A DNA stretch of 64,000 nucleotides from Oligoflexales bacterium (GTDB lineage Bacteria > Bdellovibrionota_B > Oligoflexia > Oligoflexales > Bog-1112): the NCBI GenBank assembly GCA_045105515.1, contig JBGCDR010000074.1:8827-72826 (forward strand), read 5' to 3'. Shown here piece after piece: positions 19,509-30,127 of the stretch. Below the pieces are notes generated by a model. That model was not told where the DNA came from. It made no database searches and saw only the letters and a list, made by a program, of their open reading frames with translations. Each line of letters starts with the position of its first letter. Positions within the stretch are counted from its first letter, which is position 1. Made by a program: the position numbers and the translations under genes.

Positions 19509-20000
19509 AACGCATCCTCCTTATTAAAAAATGGATAAATTGATCTACAACCCCCCTTCGGAAGGGAGGAAGTTTTCCTTAGTCTATTAGAATGGTATTT
19601 TTGTGCTTTGCAAAGTGATGTATCTTCCTAATATTCATGTATATTTTGAGTATTAGACATTAATTCATAATCAACTTTCACTAGGACACTGATCACAATG
19701 CATAGCCTTATATATTGAATACCCATTCATCAAGGCATGAGTTGGATTGTACACGGATTAAATACGATTAATTACAGGTAGGTAGAAACAAATGTTCCCA
19801 ATGGTCACTTATACATGTTATAGCATTTTCACTGTTCAGTTATTCTTTGACTATGCAACAAATACTCTTCATCACTCGTTCAAAGTTTATGCTTGAACAT
19901 GCGTTAAAACGCACATCTATAGGTTTTGTATAAACGAATAATCGCATAATCTCTATTTCTCTATACATGCTGAAATAGCTTGATTTGAGGAGACTATTTT

Positions 20001-20960
20001 TTGCCTACTTTTGAACATAAGACTGTCCTTTTAAATGAGCTGGTGGATGCCCTGATACTTAAGGCTGGTGATACGGCTGTGGATTGCACAGCAGGTGGGG
20101 GAGGACACACATCCTTATTGCTTGAACGAGTAAGACCAACTGGAAAGGTCTTTGCTTGTGACAGGGATTTAAGAGCAATAGAAAGCTTGCAAGAAAAGTT
20201 TTATAAACAAATCGTAAATAATCAATTAGGCTTAGTCCATTCTCCTTTTTCCGATTTTACTAAATATATTCCACAAGAAGTCTCCATTCATGGAATCTGT
20301 GCTGACCTAGGAGTATCTAGCCCCCAACTTGACGAATCTAATCGAGGTTTTTCGTTTATGCGCGATGGTCCTCTCGATATGCGGATGTCTCCGGAATCCC
20401 AAGATCCCTCTGCTGCAGAAGTTATCGCAAATTACAGCTCCCAAGACTTAGAAAAAATCATAAGATCCCTAGGAGAGGAACCAAAAGCAAGATTTGTAGC
20501 TAACGCCATTGTAAAACAACGCGAAAATAGTCCAATAACTACGACTATTGAACTAGCTAACCTTGTAGCCAAGGCAATCCATTATAAGAAAAAAAGTAAG
20601 AAGCATCCTGCAACAAAAACTTTTCAAGCTCTAAGAATTTATGTCAACAAAGAACTTGAAGAGATAAGAATTCTACTTGAACAAGCGTTTGCCTGCTTGT
20701 CACCTGGTGGGAGGTTAGCAATTATCAGCTTTCACTCTCTTGAAGATCGGATTGTCAAAGATTTTTTCAAAGAAAAATCAGGAAAAAAGCCAGGGCAATC
20801 ACTCCCTCGCGACCTACCATTAACGGAATCTGAATTGAAATCTTTTCAAAACATTCAAGCTCGGATCATCAAGCCTTTTCCGATTATTCCAAAAGAGGAA
20901 GAAATTAGTTCAAATCCAAGATCCAGGAGCGCGAAACTACGAGTATTAGAAAAATTGTGA
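20001..20960 (+). CDS. rsmH: 16S rRNA m4C1402 methyltransferase
   Basis: HKTVLL, DCTAGGGGH, DLGVSSPQLD, FQALRI and NPRSRSAKLR motifs. Confidence 0.97.
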   Translation: MPTFEHKTVLLNELVDALILKAGDTAVDCTAGGGGHTSLLLERVRPTGKVFACDRDLRAIESLQEKFYKQIVNNQLGLVHSPFSDFTKYIPQEVSIHGICADLGVSSPQLDESNRGFSFMRDGPLDMRMSPESQDPSAAEVIANYSSQDLEKIIRSLGEEPKARFVANAIVKQRENSPITTTIELANLVAKAIHYKKKSKKHPATKTFQALRIYVNKELEEIRILLEQAFACLSPGGRLAIISFHSLEDRIVKDFFKEKSGKKPGQSLPRDLPLTESELKSFQNIQARIIKPFPIIPKEEEISSNPRSRSAKLRVLEKL

Positions 20961-20988
20961 AATAATAGGCTTCAGAAGGAGAAAACTT

Positions 20989-21273
20989 TTGAAGCGACCA
21001 AGTATACCTACTACACTTTTTCTTTATTTTTTTTTCGCTCTCATTCTTATTTTTTCATTCCTGCGCATTCATTCAAGGATTCAAATTACCTTACTAGGTT
21101 ACGAGATTGGCAGGATGAAAGAACGTGAAGCAGACCTAATTAAAGTCCGTAGTTTATTGACGATGGAACTCGCAAAAATTACTACCAAGGAGCATTTACA
21201 AGAAATTGTAGCCAACGATTTAAAGAAAAATGAAAAACAGCTAAATCAAAAATCTGCTTTCGCAAATAAGTGA
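20989..21273 (+). CDS. ftsL: Cell division protein FtsL-like
   Basis: Single TM helix followed by a leucine-zipper-like LGYEI..; sits between rsmH and ftsI. Confidence 0.75.
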   Translation: MKRPSIPTTLFLYFFFALILIFSFLRIHSRIQITLLGYEIGRMKEREADLIKVRSLLTMELAKITTKEHLQEIVANDLKKNEKQLNQKSAFANK

Positions 21274-21285
21274 TTATCAGTAAAA

Positions 21286-23013
21286 ATGATTAATAGAAAA
21301 ACAATAAAGCTAAGATCCGATTATATTTCCAGCATATTTAAGATCCTATTTAGCCTTCTTATCCTCCGAGCAATCATGATCCAACTATTTCCCAGCTCAG
21401 CCAACCTGCTACAGCACATAGCAGATAAACAGTATCAATCTGCTATCGGTCTGTCGGCATTTAGAGGAAACATTTACGATCGTCGTAAAGCTCCTCTTTC
21501 AATAAGCATCAAAACCCCTTCTGTTGCGATTAACCCCAAAGTTTTTGACCCAAGCAATCAACAGTTGGGAAAACTCAGCCAAGTCTTGGGATTGTCGAAA
21601 AAAAAGATTAGAGCGCTTGCCAAAAAACCAAAATACTTTGCTTGGCTAAAACGCAAAATATCTTATCAAATAGCAGAAAAACTAAAGAAATTGGAACTCA
21701 AAGGGATGCATTATGTCTTGGAGCCTTCACGTTATTATCCTGGTGGTAGGGGAGCTGCAAACCTATTGGGATATGTGGGAATTGATAATGTGGGCCTCTT
21801 AGGCCTAGAACATGCTTTTGACCAGGAACTTCAAGGAACCTCCTCCAAACTAATCAGCTTAAAAGATGCTAGAGGTCATCTCATTTTAATGAATGCTGAA
21901 CAGATCACTCCTGAGAAAACAGGAAGTAACATCATTTTAACCTTAGATCGTGCCATTCAAGGAATTGCGGAAGAAGCCCTCCAAAGAGGTATCAAAAAGA
22001 GTGAGGCTAAGATCGGCTTTGCTATTGTGATGGACCCACATACTGGACGCATCTTAGCAATGGCAAACCACCCAAACTTCAACCCAAACAATCCATCACA
22101 CTTAAAAATGGCTCATACTGTCAACCATTCCATTGCTTATCGCTTTGAACCTGGCTCGGTCATGAAACCATTTGTTGTTGCATGGGCAATTGAAAATCGA
22201 AAAACCAGCCCTTTCGAAATTCATCACTGTGAAAAAAATGGAAGGTATGAAGTCAGCGATAATTTATTCATTCATGACGACCACCCCAAAGAATTTCGCA
22301 CTACCGAAGAAATTCTCATTCACTCAAGTAATATTTGTACCTTTAAGGTGGCGTTGAGAATCGGGCAAAAAAACTTATTTGAATCCCTAAAGAAATTTGG
22401 GTTTGCCAGTGATAAGCCAATAATAGGGCTTCCTGGTGAAACCACTGGATCAATTGCAGCTGCAGATACATGGAGCCCCATCAGGTTTGCTAATATATCA
22501 TTTGGGCAAGGACTTCTCGTTACCGGTTTGGAAGTGATTCAAGCCTACGCCAGTATAGCTAATGGAGGAAATCTGATTAAACCATACTTGGTAGAAAGGG
22601 TTGAGTCATCAAATGGCCATATCCTCCAAGACTTCAGCCCAATCATTGAACGCAGAGTTTTAAGCCCTCAAACTGCCCACCATATTGCTAGAATCTTAGA
22701 AAAAGTGGTCTTAGAAGGAACTGCAACACGGGCAAGAACAAAATCTTACTCAACAGCAGGCAAAACAGGGACAGCTGAAAAAATTGATCCTTTGACAAAA
22801 TCCTACGCAAATAACAAAAGAATAGCCAATTTTGCAGGTTTTGCACCTGTTTCAGACCCACATATTGCAGTGTATGTTGTGTTGGACGAACCACAAAAAA
22901 AACCCTACTACGGAGGGCTTTGGGCGGCACCAGTATTCAGCGAAATTGTCGAAAAAACCCTTAAATATTTGAATGTCGCACCAGACCTAAATGCCACCCA
23001 CCCACAGAGTTAG
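21286..23013 (+). CDS. ftsI: Division transpeptidase PBP3/FtsI
   Basis: RGNIYDR, EPGSVMK (SxxK), SSN and KTGT motifs; dcw context. Confidence 0.95.
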   Translation: MINRKTIKLRSDYISSIFKILFSLLILRAIMIQLFPSSANLLQHIADKQYQSAIGLSAFRGNIYDRRKAPLSISIKTPSVAINPKVFDPSNQQLGKLSQVLGLSKKKIRALAKKPKYFAWLKRKISYQIAEKLKKLELKGMHYVLEPSRYYPGGRGAANLLGYVGIDNVGLLGLEHAFDQELQGTSSKLISLKDARGHLILMNAEQITPEKTGSNIILTLDRAIQGIAEEALQRGIKKSEAKIGFAIVMDPHTGRILAMANHPNFNPNNPSHLKMAHTVNHSIAYRFEPGSVMKPFVVAWAIENRKTSPFEIHHCEKNGRYEVSDNLFIHDDHPKEFRTTEEILIHSSNICTFKVALRIGQKNLFESLKKFGFASDKPIIGLPGETTGSIAAADTWSPIRFANISFGQGLLVTGLEVIQAYASIANGGNLIKPYLVERVESSNGHILQDFSPIIERRVLSPQTAHHIARILEKVVLEGTATRARTKSYSTAGKTGTAEKIDPLTKSYANNKRIANFAGFAPVSDPHIAVYVVLDEPQKKPYYGGLWAAPVFSEIVEKTLKYLNVAPDLNATHPQS

Positions 23014-23465
23014 TTGCCAGTCCAAATCTGATCCCAGCCAGCTTCACTGTAACTAATTCCATGCAAACAGTTCATGATTCCTTCTCGAACATATGGAATG
23101 GTATTTTCTGGCAAGGCACCAATGGAAAAGTATTTTAGCTCAGAACATTTACCTGGTTCTCTATTTATAAATTTTTCTTGTAAGTCCTTACATAAAAAGA
23201 AAATATCGGCACTTTCTCGATCATCAGACTTACGATGAATAACTGAAGCCAGCTGCAAATCACGTGGATTTAGTTTTAATCCGGCTTCTTCATAGGCTTC
23301 CCTCATCATGGCCTGCATAAAGGTTTCTCCACCTTCTACGTGACCTGCAACCAAACCATACCAACCATCCGCAAATCCTGTATTTTTCCTCAAAGATAGC
23401 AAGACCTTATTCTGGTCCATCAAAACTAGGTATACAGCTGGGATAACACTAAAACGCTTTTTCAC
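23010..23465 (-). CDS. NUDIX hydrolase
   Basis: Nudix box GHVEGGETFMQAMMREAYEEAG; NREPGKC motif. Confidence 0.9.
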   Translation of the reverse strand: MKKRFSVIPAVYLVLMDQNKVLLSLRKNTGFADGWYGLVAGHVEGGETFMQAMMREAYEEAGLKLNPRDLQLASVIHRKSDDRESADIFFLCKDLQEKFINREPGKCSELKYFSIGALPENTIPYVREGIMNCLHGISYSEAGWDQIWTGN

Positions 23466-23658
23466 ACGCCCCCTCTCTTCGATAAGCTAGGAGTTTACTA
23501 GAAAATGGAGAAAGCAAAACCATACAAGCCCAAGCCCAAGCCCAAGAGCTTGATTGCCGATTTGCAAGTTCGCCGTCGATCACATATCTTATAGATTTCT
23601 CGTTCAGATGAACAACCTTGACTCCCAAAAATATTCTATTCTATTGAGAAATAGCTTC

Positions 23659-25200
23659 ATGACCTACTTTGAAAAAGATCTCATTCTTAACCTAAAACTT
23701 GCATATGAGCATTTAAAACAACAGGATTGTGTAAATGCCCAAGGTCTATTTCCATGGGAGAGTGGCCTGCAAGGTAAGGGTAGAATTATAAGTGATTCCA
23801 GACAAATAAAAGCCGGAGACATTTTTATTGCCTATGAAGGGCTTAGAACAGATTCTCATGAATACATCCCCGAAGTACTCAACAAAAAACCAGGATTGAT
23901 CATAGCTGAAAAACCATCTTCTTTAGAGGAAGAAAGCCAAAAAGCTCCTATTCTATTGGTTAATAATTCAAGAAAAGCGTGGTCTTACCTTTGTGCCTTA
24001 GCATGTGGAAACCCACAAAATGAATTAACAAACATAGCAATTACAGGAACCAATGGAAAAACCAGCAGCCTTTGGATGCTGAAATCTCTTTTTGAATCCC
24101 ATAATATTCCCTATGCTACCATTGGGACACTCGGTATTTACCTCAATGGGGATCAGTTTAGGACCTCCCACACAACTCCTGATCCCCCTATTCTCTACTT
24201 AAGCCTAAAGTTAGCCTTGGAAAAAGGCGTCAAGATTCTTGCGATGGAGGCCTCATCTCATGCCATTGCTCAAGAAAAATTAGCCCCCATCCGTTTCAAT
24301 TGTATTGCATGGACGAGTTTTTCTCAGGACCATCTTGATTTTCATAAAACTATGGATGCGTATTGGAAAGTAAAATGGAGCCTGTTTCTTAAATCTCTAG
24401 CACCAGGAGGAAGGGCGATCATCAATACAAGCATAAGTCCTATTCCTCCTTACGAAAAACTTGCATGCCAAGACATCGTCACCTATGGACTGGGCAAGAG
24501 CACATTGAAACCTCTGATGGCCGTGTCTCAGATTGCAACAGGGAATGGGGGATCTGATGTCTATTTGAGCTATAAAGGAAGTGAGTTTCACTACCAGATC
24601 CCTTATTGGGGAAGCCATAATGTAGAAAATTTCCTCTGCGCACTCGGGGTTTATGAGAAAGCTGTTGGGAAAATGCCATCGCCACGCAAAACCATTGATT
24701 TGAGTGGAGTTCCTGGACGCCTGCAAAAAGTACCATCGAAAAAATTGAATGCTCCTTGCGTTCTGATTGATTACGCCCATACTCCAGACGCCCTTGAAAA
24801 GACTATTGAAACCATCAAACCCTACTGCAGTGGAATGGTGTATGTCGTATTCGGTTGCGGAGGGGAGAGAGATCGAAATAAACGCAAAAAAATGGGGCTG
24901 ATTGCAGAAACACTCGCCGACAAGGTTGTACTCACTTCTGATAACCCTAGAAACGAGCCTGCAGAAAAAATTTTAAAAGATATTCAGAGGGGATTTTTAA
25001 AGAGCCAACCTGTTATGATAGAAGATAGAAAGTCTGCAATAGCATGGTCCATTGAATACGCGAAAAAAGATGATTTTATTCTAGTAGCTGGAAAAGGCCA
25101 TGAAAACTATCAGATCATTGGATCAAAGGTGTTTGAATTTGATGATTTTCAGGTGGCAAAAGCTATTTTAGACTCCGAAGAAGAGGAGAATATACCGTGA
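23659..25200 (+). CDS. murE: UDP-MurNAc-dipeptide:meso-DAP ligase
   Basis: DSRQ, TGTNGKT, HTTPD, MEASSH, DHLDFH, DYAHTPD and DNPR (DAP specificity); probable start 23659. Confidence 0.95.
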   Translation: MTYFEKDLILNLKLAYEHLKQQDCVNAQGLFPWESGLQGKGRIISDSRQIKAGDIFIAYEGLRTDSHEYIPEVLNKKPGLIIAEKPSSLEEESQKAPILLVNNSRKAWSYLCALACGNPQNELTNIAITGTNGKTSSLWMLKSLFESHNIPYATIGTLGIYLNGDQFRTSHTTPDPPILYLSLKLALEKGVKILAMEASSHAIAQEKLAPIRFNCIAWTSFSQDHLDFHKTMDAYWKVKWSLFLKSLAPGGRAIINTSISPIPPYEKLACQDIVTYGLGKSTLKPLMAVSQIATGNGGSDVYLSYKGSEFHYQIPYWGSHNVENFLCALGVYEKAVGKMPSPRKTIDLSGVPGRLQKVPSKKLNAPCVLIDYAHTPDALEKTIETIKPYCSGMVYVVFGCGGERDRNKRKKMGLIAETLADKVVLTSDNPRNEPAEKILKDIQRGFLKSQPVMIEDRKSAIAWSIEYAKKDDFILVAGKGHENYQIIGSKVFEFDDFQVAKAILDSEEEENIP

Positions 25201-26597
25201 AATTAACTTGGAATGACTATTCACATTGCTTCGAATCAGATGCCACCGCGCTCATTGGCCGCAACGTAAAAGCGCCTAGCATCGAGCACTGGAACACTGA
25301 CTCGCGGAAAATCCAATCTGGTGATTGGTTCATTCCTTTGGTCGGAGAGAACTTTAATGGCCACCAATTTATAGAAGCTGCTCTAAGGCAAGGTGCTAAA
25401 GGCTATATCTATGAAGAACGATACACCCAACATTTGAGCTCTTCACACAAAGAAAAAGGGATTTTAGTCCAAGACACCTTGCTAGCATTTCAAAACCTTG
25501 CAAGGCTTTGGCGCTTAAAACATAAAAATTTAACTTTGTTCGCTCTAACCGGTTCAGTAGGAAAAACGACTACGAAAGAAATGTTAGCGACCATTCTTGC
25601 TTCAATAGAGCCAAAGACTTTATCGACTGCAGGTAATTTTAACAATGAGGTTGGTGTACCTATTACCTTGCAGAGAATCAAGGAGGACCATAAATTTGCT
25701 GTAGTGGAAATGGGAGCACGTAGACCGCTCGACATTGGCAAGCTAGTGGATATTGCCAAGCCCAATATAGCAGCCTGCCTTAATGCCAAGACTGCTCATA
25801 TCGAGATTTTTAAATCTAAAGATGCCATATTAAAAACGAAGCTCGAAATATTTAACTCTACCTCAGAGCTGAAGCACATAGTTTTTAGCCACGATGACGA
25901 GAGGATTCGTACCAATTGTGAATATTTAGAGGTGCCTAAAACCAGCTTTGGATATCAAACTGGGGCAGACATGCTTATTAAAAATCAAGATTGGCATCAT
26001 GATGGCAGCCTTGCCACCATGATCTGCTTCCAAGGTAAGGAATTTCAATTGAGATTTTCCCAAGGGCACTCAGCATACCCGATCAATGCAGCAGCTGCGC
26101 TCGCTATGGGTGCTGCTGCTGGCTTAAATATTGAGACCATGATTGAAGCGCTCACTAGTTTTACAGGGCTTGAAGGTCGATTTAATATCTTCAAAAAAGA
26201 TGAATTGACCATCATTGACGACTGTTACAATGCCAATCCAGATAGCATGAAAGAAGGTATCAATACCTTAGTCCAACGTTACCCACAACAAGCTAAAGTT
26301 GTCATTCTAGGAGACATGCTTGAGCTTGGTCAGAATGCAAATATCGAGCACAGCCAATTGGGTTCGTATTGCAAAGCCCAAGTAAATCCTCTTTTCTTAA
26401 TTGGGATTGGTGAACACTCAAAGCTTATTGTCGACAAAGCCATTTCAGAAGGTCTGCCTAAGCATCAAACTCTAAGTTATGGTGATGTCGAGGACTTTCT
26501 CAACGCTAACGTTGATTTAGGTGCGAAAGGACAAGTAGTCTTTATTAAAGGGTCAAATGGAGTCCATTTAGACCGTATAGTCGAACATTACTGCTAA
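25197..26597 (+). CDS. murF: UDP-MurNAc-tripeptide:D-Ala-D-Ala ligase
   Basis: TGSVGKTTTKE, GNFNNEVGVP, DDCYNANPDS and LGDMLELG motifs. Confidence 0.95.
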   Translation: MKLTWNDYSHCFESDATALIGRNVKAPSIEHWNTDSRKIQSGDWFIPLVGENFNGHQFIEAALRQGAKGYIYEERYTQHLSSSHKEKGILVQDTLLAFQNLARLWRLKHKNLTLFALTGSVGKTTTKEMLATILASIEPKTLSTAGNFNNEVGVPITLQRIKEDHKFAVVEMGARRPLDIGKLVDIAKPNIAACLNAKTAHIEIFKSKDAILKTKLEIFNSTSELKHIVFSHDDERIRTNCEYLEVPKTSFGYQTGADMLIKNQDWHHDGSLATMICFQGKEFQLRFSQGHSAYPINAAAALAMGAAAGLNIETMIEALTSFTGLEGRFNIFKKDELTIIDDCYNANPDSMKEGINTLVQRYPQQAKVVILGDMLELGQNANIEHSQLGSYCKAQVNPLFLIGIGEHSKLIVDKAISEGLPKHQTLSYGDVEDFLNANVDLGAKGQVVFIKGSNGVHLDRIVEHYC

Positions 26598-26615
26598 CCA
26601 ACTGCGAGTAAAACT

Positions 26616-27692
26616 TTGATTTATCATTTTCTATATCAATTTGTGGATGATTGGGGCGCATTAAATGTAACCCGTTACATCACTTTCAGATCGATAGTTT
26701 CTTTATTGTCAGCCCTAATTATTAGCTTTATTTTTTCTCCATGGTTTATTCGTAAGCTCAAGGTAAAACAGATTGGCCAAGTAGTAAGAGACGATGGACC
26801 ATCTAGTCACTTCTCCAAGGCCGGTACTCCAACAATGGGTGGAGGACTTATAATTCTTGCGGTGACTATTCCCTGCTTATTGTGGATGGATTGGCTCAAT
26901 CACTATTTGTGGTTATCTCTTACGATATTTGCCGGTTATGGCTTGTTAGGGTTCTGGGATGACTACAGTAAAATTAGCAAAAAAAATACAAAAGGTGTTT
27001 CAGGACGAGGTAAGCTCGCCTGGCAAATTGGAATTGCTACATTTGCATGCACTTTTCATTATTTCTACGGCAATGAATCTGGTGTAGTCAACTTCCCATT
27101 TTTCAAAGATACCAATTTGCCATTAGGCCATCTCTATATTCCTTTTGGAGTTTTCATCATTGTTGGAGCAAGTAATGCTGTCAATCTTACTGATGGGCTC
27201 GATGGGCTTGCAATTGGCCCAGTGATGATTTCTGCAGCCTGTTTTGCTGTTTTAGCATATGTATCTGGAAACTATTTTATGGCCGAATATCTGCACTTTC
27301 CCTTCGTCAAAGGAAGTGGCGAACTTACAATTTTTGCTGCAAGTATTGTTGGGGCTGGCATGGGTTTTCTATGGTACAACACCTATCCAGCCCAGGTCTT
27401 TATGGGAGATGTCGGTTCGCTCCCTCTCGGAGGTGCTTTGGGAGCTCTTGCCGTATTTTCAAAGCACGAACTTCTTTTAGCAATCATTGGCGGTGTGTTT
27501 GTTCTAGAGGCCATATCCGTAATCACTCAAGTAGGCTCCTATAAGCTAACAGGAAAACGAATTTTCCGCATGGCCCCTATCCATCATCACTTTGAACTAA
27601 AAGGATGGCCAGAGCCTAAGGTGATCGTACGCTTTTGGATCATTTCAATTGTTCTTGCCATGGTTGGCCTTCTTAGCCTCAAAATTCGATAG
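26616..27692 (+). CDS. mraY: Phospho-MurNAc-pentapeptide transferase
   Basis: KAGTPTMGG, NAVNLTDGLDGL, FMGDVGS and MAPIHHHFE motifs. Confidence 0.97.
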   Translation: MIYHFLYQFVDDWGALNVTRYITFRSIVSLLSALIISFIFSPWFIRKLKVKQIGQVVRDDGPSSHFSKAGTPTMGGGLIILAVTIPCLLWMDWLNHYLWLSLTIFAGYGLLGFWDDYSKISKKNTKGVSGRGKLAWQIGIATFACTFHYFYGNESGVVNFPFFKDTNLPLGHLYIPFGVFIIVGASNAVNLTDGLDGLAIGPVMISAACFAVLAYVSGNYFMAEYLHFPFVKGSGELTIFAASIVGAGMGFLWYNTYPAQVFMGDVGSLPLGGALGALAVFSKHELLLAIIGGVFVLEAISVITQVGSYKLTGKRIFRMAPIHHHFELKGWPEPKVIVRFWIISIVLAMVGLLSLKIR

Positions 27693-27707
27693 CTTCACGG
27701 GGTTTTT

Positions 27708-28994
27708 ATGACATGGATGGTTTTAGGGGCTGGCCGCTCTGGCATAGCAGCTGCTAAATTGCTTGCAGCCAAAAAGCACAAGGTTGTATTGACGGACCAG
27801 AGGATAATACCAAGCTCTACAAAAAAAGATCTAATTGATTTGGGTATAGATCTTAGGGATCAAGATGAGGGAAACTCATTATGCAGCACTATTACCTCCG
27901 GAATAGTGCTTAGCCCAGGAATAACTCAAACACACCCTTATATTAAGAAAGCGAAGCAACAAGGCCTCCCAACTGTAAGTGAAGTGGAATTAGCCTTATC
28001 TTACTATAAAGGGATAGTAATCAGTGTTACTGGAACAAATGGTAAGTCGACGACCGTATCAATGGCATACCATCTGCTTAGGCAAATGGGCTATAATGCA
28101 GCTCTAGCTGGAAATATTGGGACACCCCCTTCAGAAATTATTCGTGATAAGCCTCATCCCAAAATCATGATATTAGAGCTTTCTTCGTATCAACTAGAGC
28201 AATCCAGTGAGATTCGATCGCAGGTTGCTGCAATCCTTAATTTGATCCCCGATCATCTAGCACGTCATGGATCTCTAGAACAATATTTGTTGGAGAAATG
28301 GAAGTTAGTTCTGATGTGTCCAAAAGATTCTCATGCCTTAGTAGACTCCCAAGTCTTTAGCATGGCTTCGCAACTTAGACAGCCACAATGTCATTTGCAG
28401 GTTATCGACCCTAATTTGGCAATCGCTCAAGTGGACCCTAACGAATCAGGGCAGCATGAATGGCATAACCGACTCAATGGATTCTATGCTGCATCATTAG
28501 TTGCACAGCTAATTGAAACCTCTGTATCTCGAGTAATTCCATATCTTGCTTCTTACAGAGGGCTCTCCCATCGATTTGAAAAAATTGGTACAATTAATGG
28601 TGCCACAGTCATAAATGACAGCAAGGCCACAAATGTTGACTCTACTTTAGTTGCTCTATCAAACCTACATAAAGCAACAGTTCTGCTCATTGGAGGGCAG
28701 GGTAAGGGAGAGAGTTTTACAGCTGTTAAAAAGTATCGCAGTCTAATCCAGAGTTTAATCGTATTTGGGCAGGAGGCTCCAAAGATCGTTGAGGAATTGA
28801 AGGAGATGAACCCTATTGTGTACCCAAGCCTTAAGACTACCATGGATGCCTTACCCGGGATTTTATCGCTGAGCGTAAGCAATCCTGATTTACTTTTTTC
28901 ACCTGCATGCGCGAGCTTTGATGAGTTCAAAAATTTTGAAGAACGTGGAGAATACTTCAAAAGTAAAATAAAATCTCTACTAGATATCCAATAG
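27708..28994 (+). CDS. murD: UDP-MurNAc-L-Ala:D-Glu ligase
   Basis: GAGRSG, TGTNGKST, ELSSYQL, NDSKATN and SPACASFD motifs. Confidence 0.95.
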   Translation: MTWMVLGAGRSGIAAAKLLAAKKHKVVLTDQRIIPSSTKKDLIDLGIDLRDQDEGNSLCSTITSGIVLSPGITQTHPYIKKAKQQGLPTVSEVELALSYYKGIVISVTGTNGKSTTVSMAYHLLRQMGYNAALAGNIGTPPSEIIRDKPHPKIMILELSSYQLEQSSEIRSQVAAILNLIPDHLARHGSLEQYLLEKWKLVLMCPKDSHALVDSQVFSMASQLRQPQCHLQVIDPNLAIAQVDPNESGQHEWHNRLNGFYAASLVAQLIETSVSRVIPYLASYRGLSHRFEKIGTINGATVINDSKATNVDSTLVALSNLHKATVLLIGGQGKGESFTAVKKYRSLIQSLIVFGQEAPKIVEELKEMNPIVYPSLKTTMDALPGILSLSVSNPDLLFSPACASFDEFKNFEERGEYFKSKIKSLLDIQ

Positions 28995-28996
28995 CT

Positions 28997-30127
28997 ATGG
29001 AACGTACACCAAAAGCAAATCACCACCGTTACCTATTAGCTACAACTGCTATTTTAATAGCAATTGGTTTGCTATCTCTCTATGCAGCTTCAGCTATGAA
29101 GGGTGCTGAACTCTACGAGAATTCTTTTTATTTTATGGAAAAACAACTTTTTGCAATCGGTATCGGTATCGGACTTATCCTTTGGTTCAAGTTTATTTCC
29201 TTCAAATTTATCGAACATTTAGCCCTTCCCCTCCTAGTTATGAGTATACTGCTGCTAAGCCTTATCCTAATCCCTGGGGTGTATAAATCTGTAGGAGGTG
29301 CGGCAAGGTGGATAAATTTGGGATTTGCAAGTTTTCAACCATCAGAATTAGCCAAGTTCGGACTTATTTTCTTTTTAGCAAAGAACCTTAGCAGAGAAAA
29401 AAATGATGTCACAAACTTCAGACGGGGAATCTTACCAAATTTACTTGTCCTCATGCTTTTTGTGATTTTTCTCATGCTGCAACCAGATTTTGGAACTACG
29501 GTTTTACTGGTTTCTATCACATTTTTAATGATTTACATTTGTGGAGCAAGCTATCATTTCATCATTGCTTCAGCTATATCAACAATAAGTCTTGGAATTC
29601 TTGGCATCATGTCAGCACCATATCGTTGGAAGCGCCTTACTAGCTTTATAGACCCTTGGAATGACTTCAAAGAAGGGGGATTTCAAATCATCCAAAGCTA
29701 CCTTGGTTTCCAAAATGGCGGAGCTCTGGGAGCTGGTTTAGGAGAATCTAGACAGAAGTTGTTTTTTTTACCTGAGGCACATACCGACTTTATATTATCG
29801 GTAATTGGTGAAGAAATGGGTCTTTTAGGTTCCCTATTAATTTGTACTCTTTATTGGAATATGATTCGTATCGGATTTAGGATTGCTAGTATTCATACAG
29901 ACCACTTTAAAAAATTGCTTGCATTCGGTTTAACCTCCCTGATAGCACTTCAATCTGTTTTCAATATTGGTGTGGTGACTGGAATACTACCAACAAAAGG
30001 AATTCCGCTACCCTTTATTAGCAGTGGGTTGAGCTCCCTTCTTATTTTCTTTACCGTGATTGCGGTACTAGCACGTCTCGGACAGGAGGTCCCAAACATT
30101 GATGCAAGAAAGCAACAAACCGGCTAA
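28997..30127 (+). CDS. ftsW: SEDS peptidoglycan polymerase FtsW
   Basis: GGAARWI, FQPSELAK, QPDFG, LPEAHTDFI and GIPLPFIS motifs. Confidence 0.95.
   Translation: MERTPKANHHRYLLATTAILIAIGLLSLYAASAMKGAELYENSFYFMEKQLFAIGIGIGLILWFKFISFKFIEHLALPLLVMSILLLSLILIPGVYKSVGGAARWINLGFASFQPSELAKFGLIFFLAKNLSREKNDVTNFRRGILPNLLVLMLFVIFLMLQPDFGTTVLLVSITFLMIYICGASYHFIIASAISTISLGILGIMSAPYRWKRLTSFIDPWNDFKEGGFQIIQSYLGFQNGGALGAGLGESRQKLFFLPEAHTDFILSVIGEEMGLLGSLLICTLYWNMIRIGFRIASIHTDHFKKLLAFGLTSLIALQSVFNIGVVTGILPTKGIPLPFISSGLSSLLIFFTVIAVLARLGQEVPNIDARKQQTG

Noticed and set aside
19509..20000. Hidden mraZ or MraZ-box repeats upstream of rsmH
   Set aside because: No ORF of suitable length and no spaced GTGGG repeats seen
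28553..29026. 157-aa ORF antisense to murD, and similar 60-130 aa ORFs inside other genes
   Set aside because: Fully overlap well-supported genes and show no recognisable protein features
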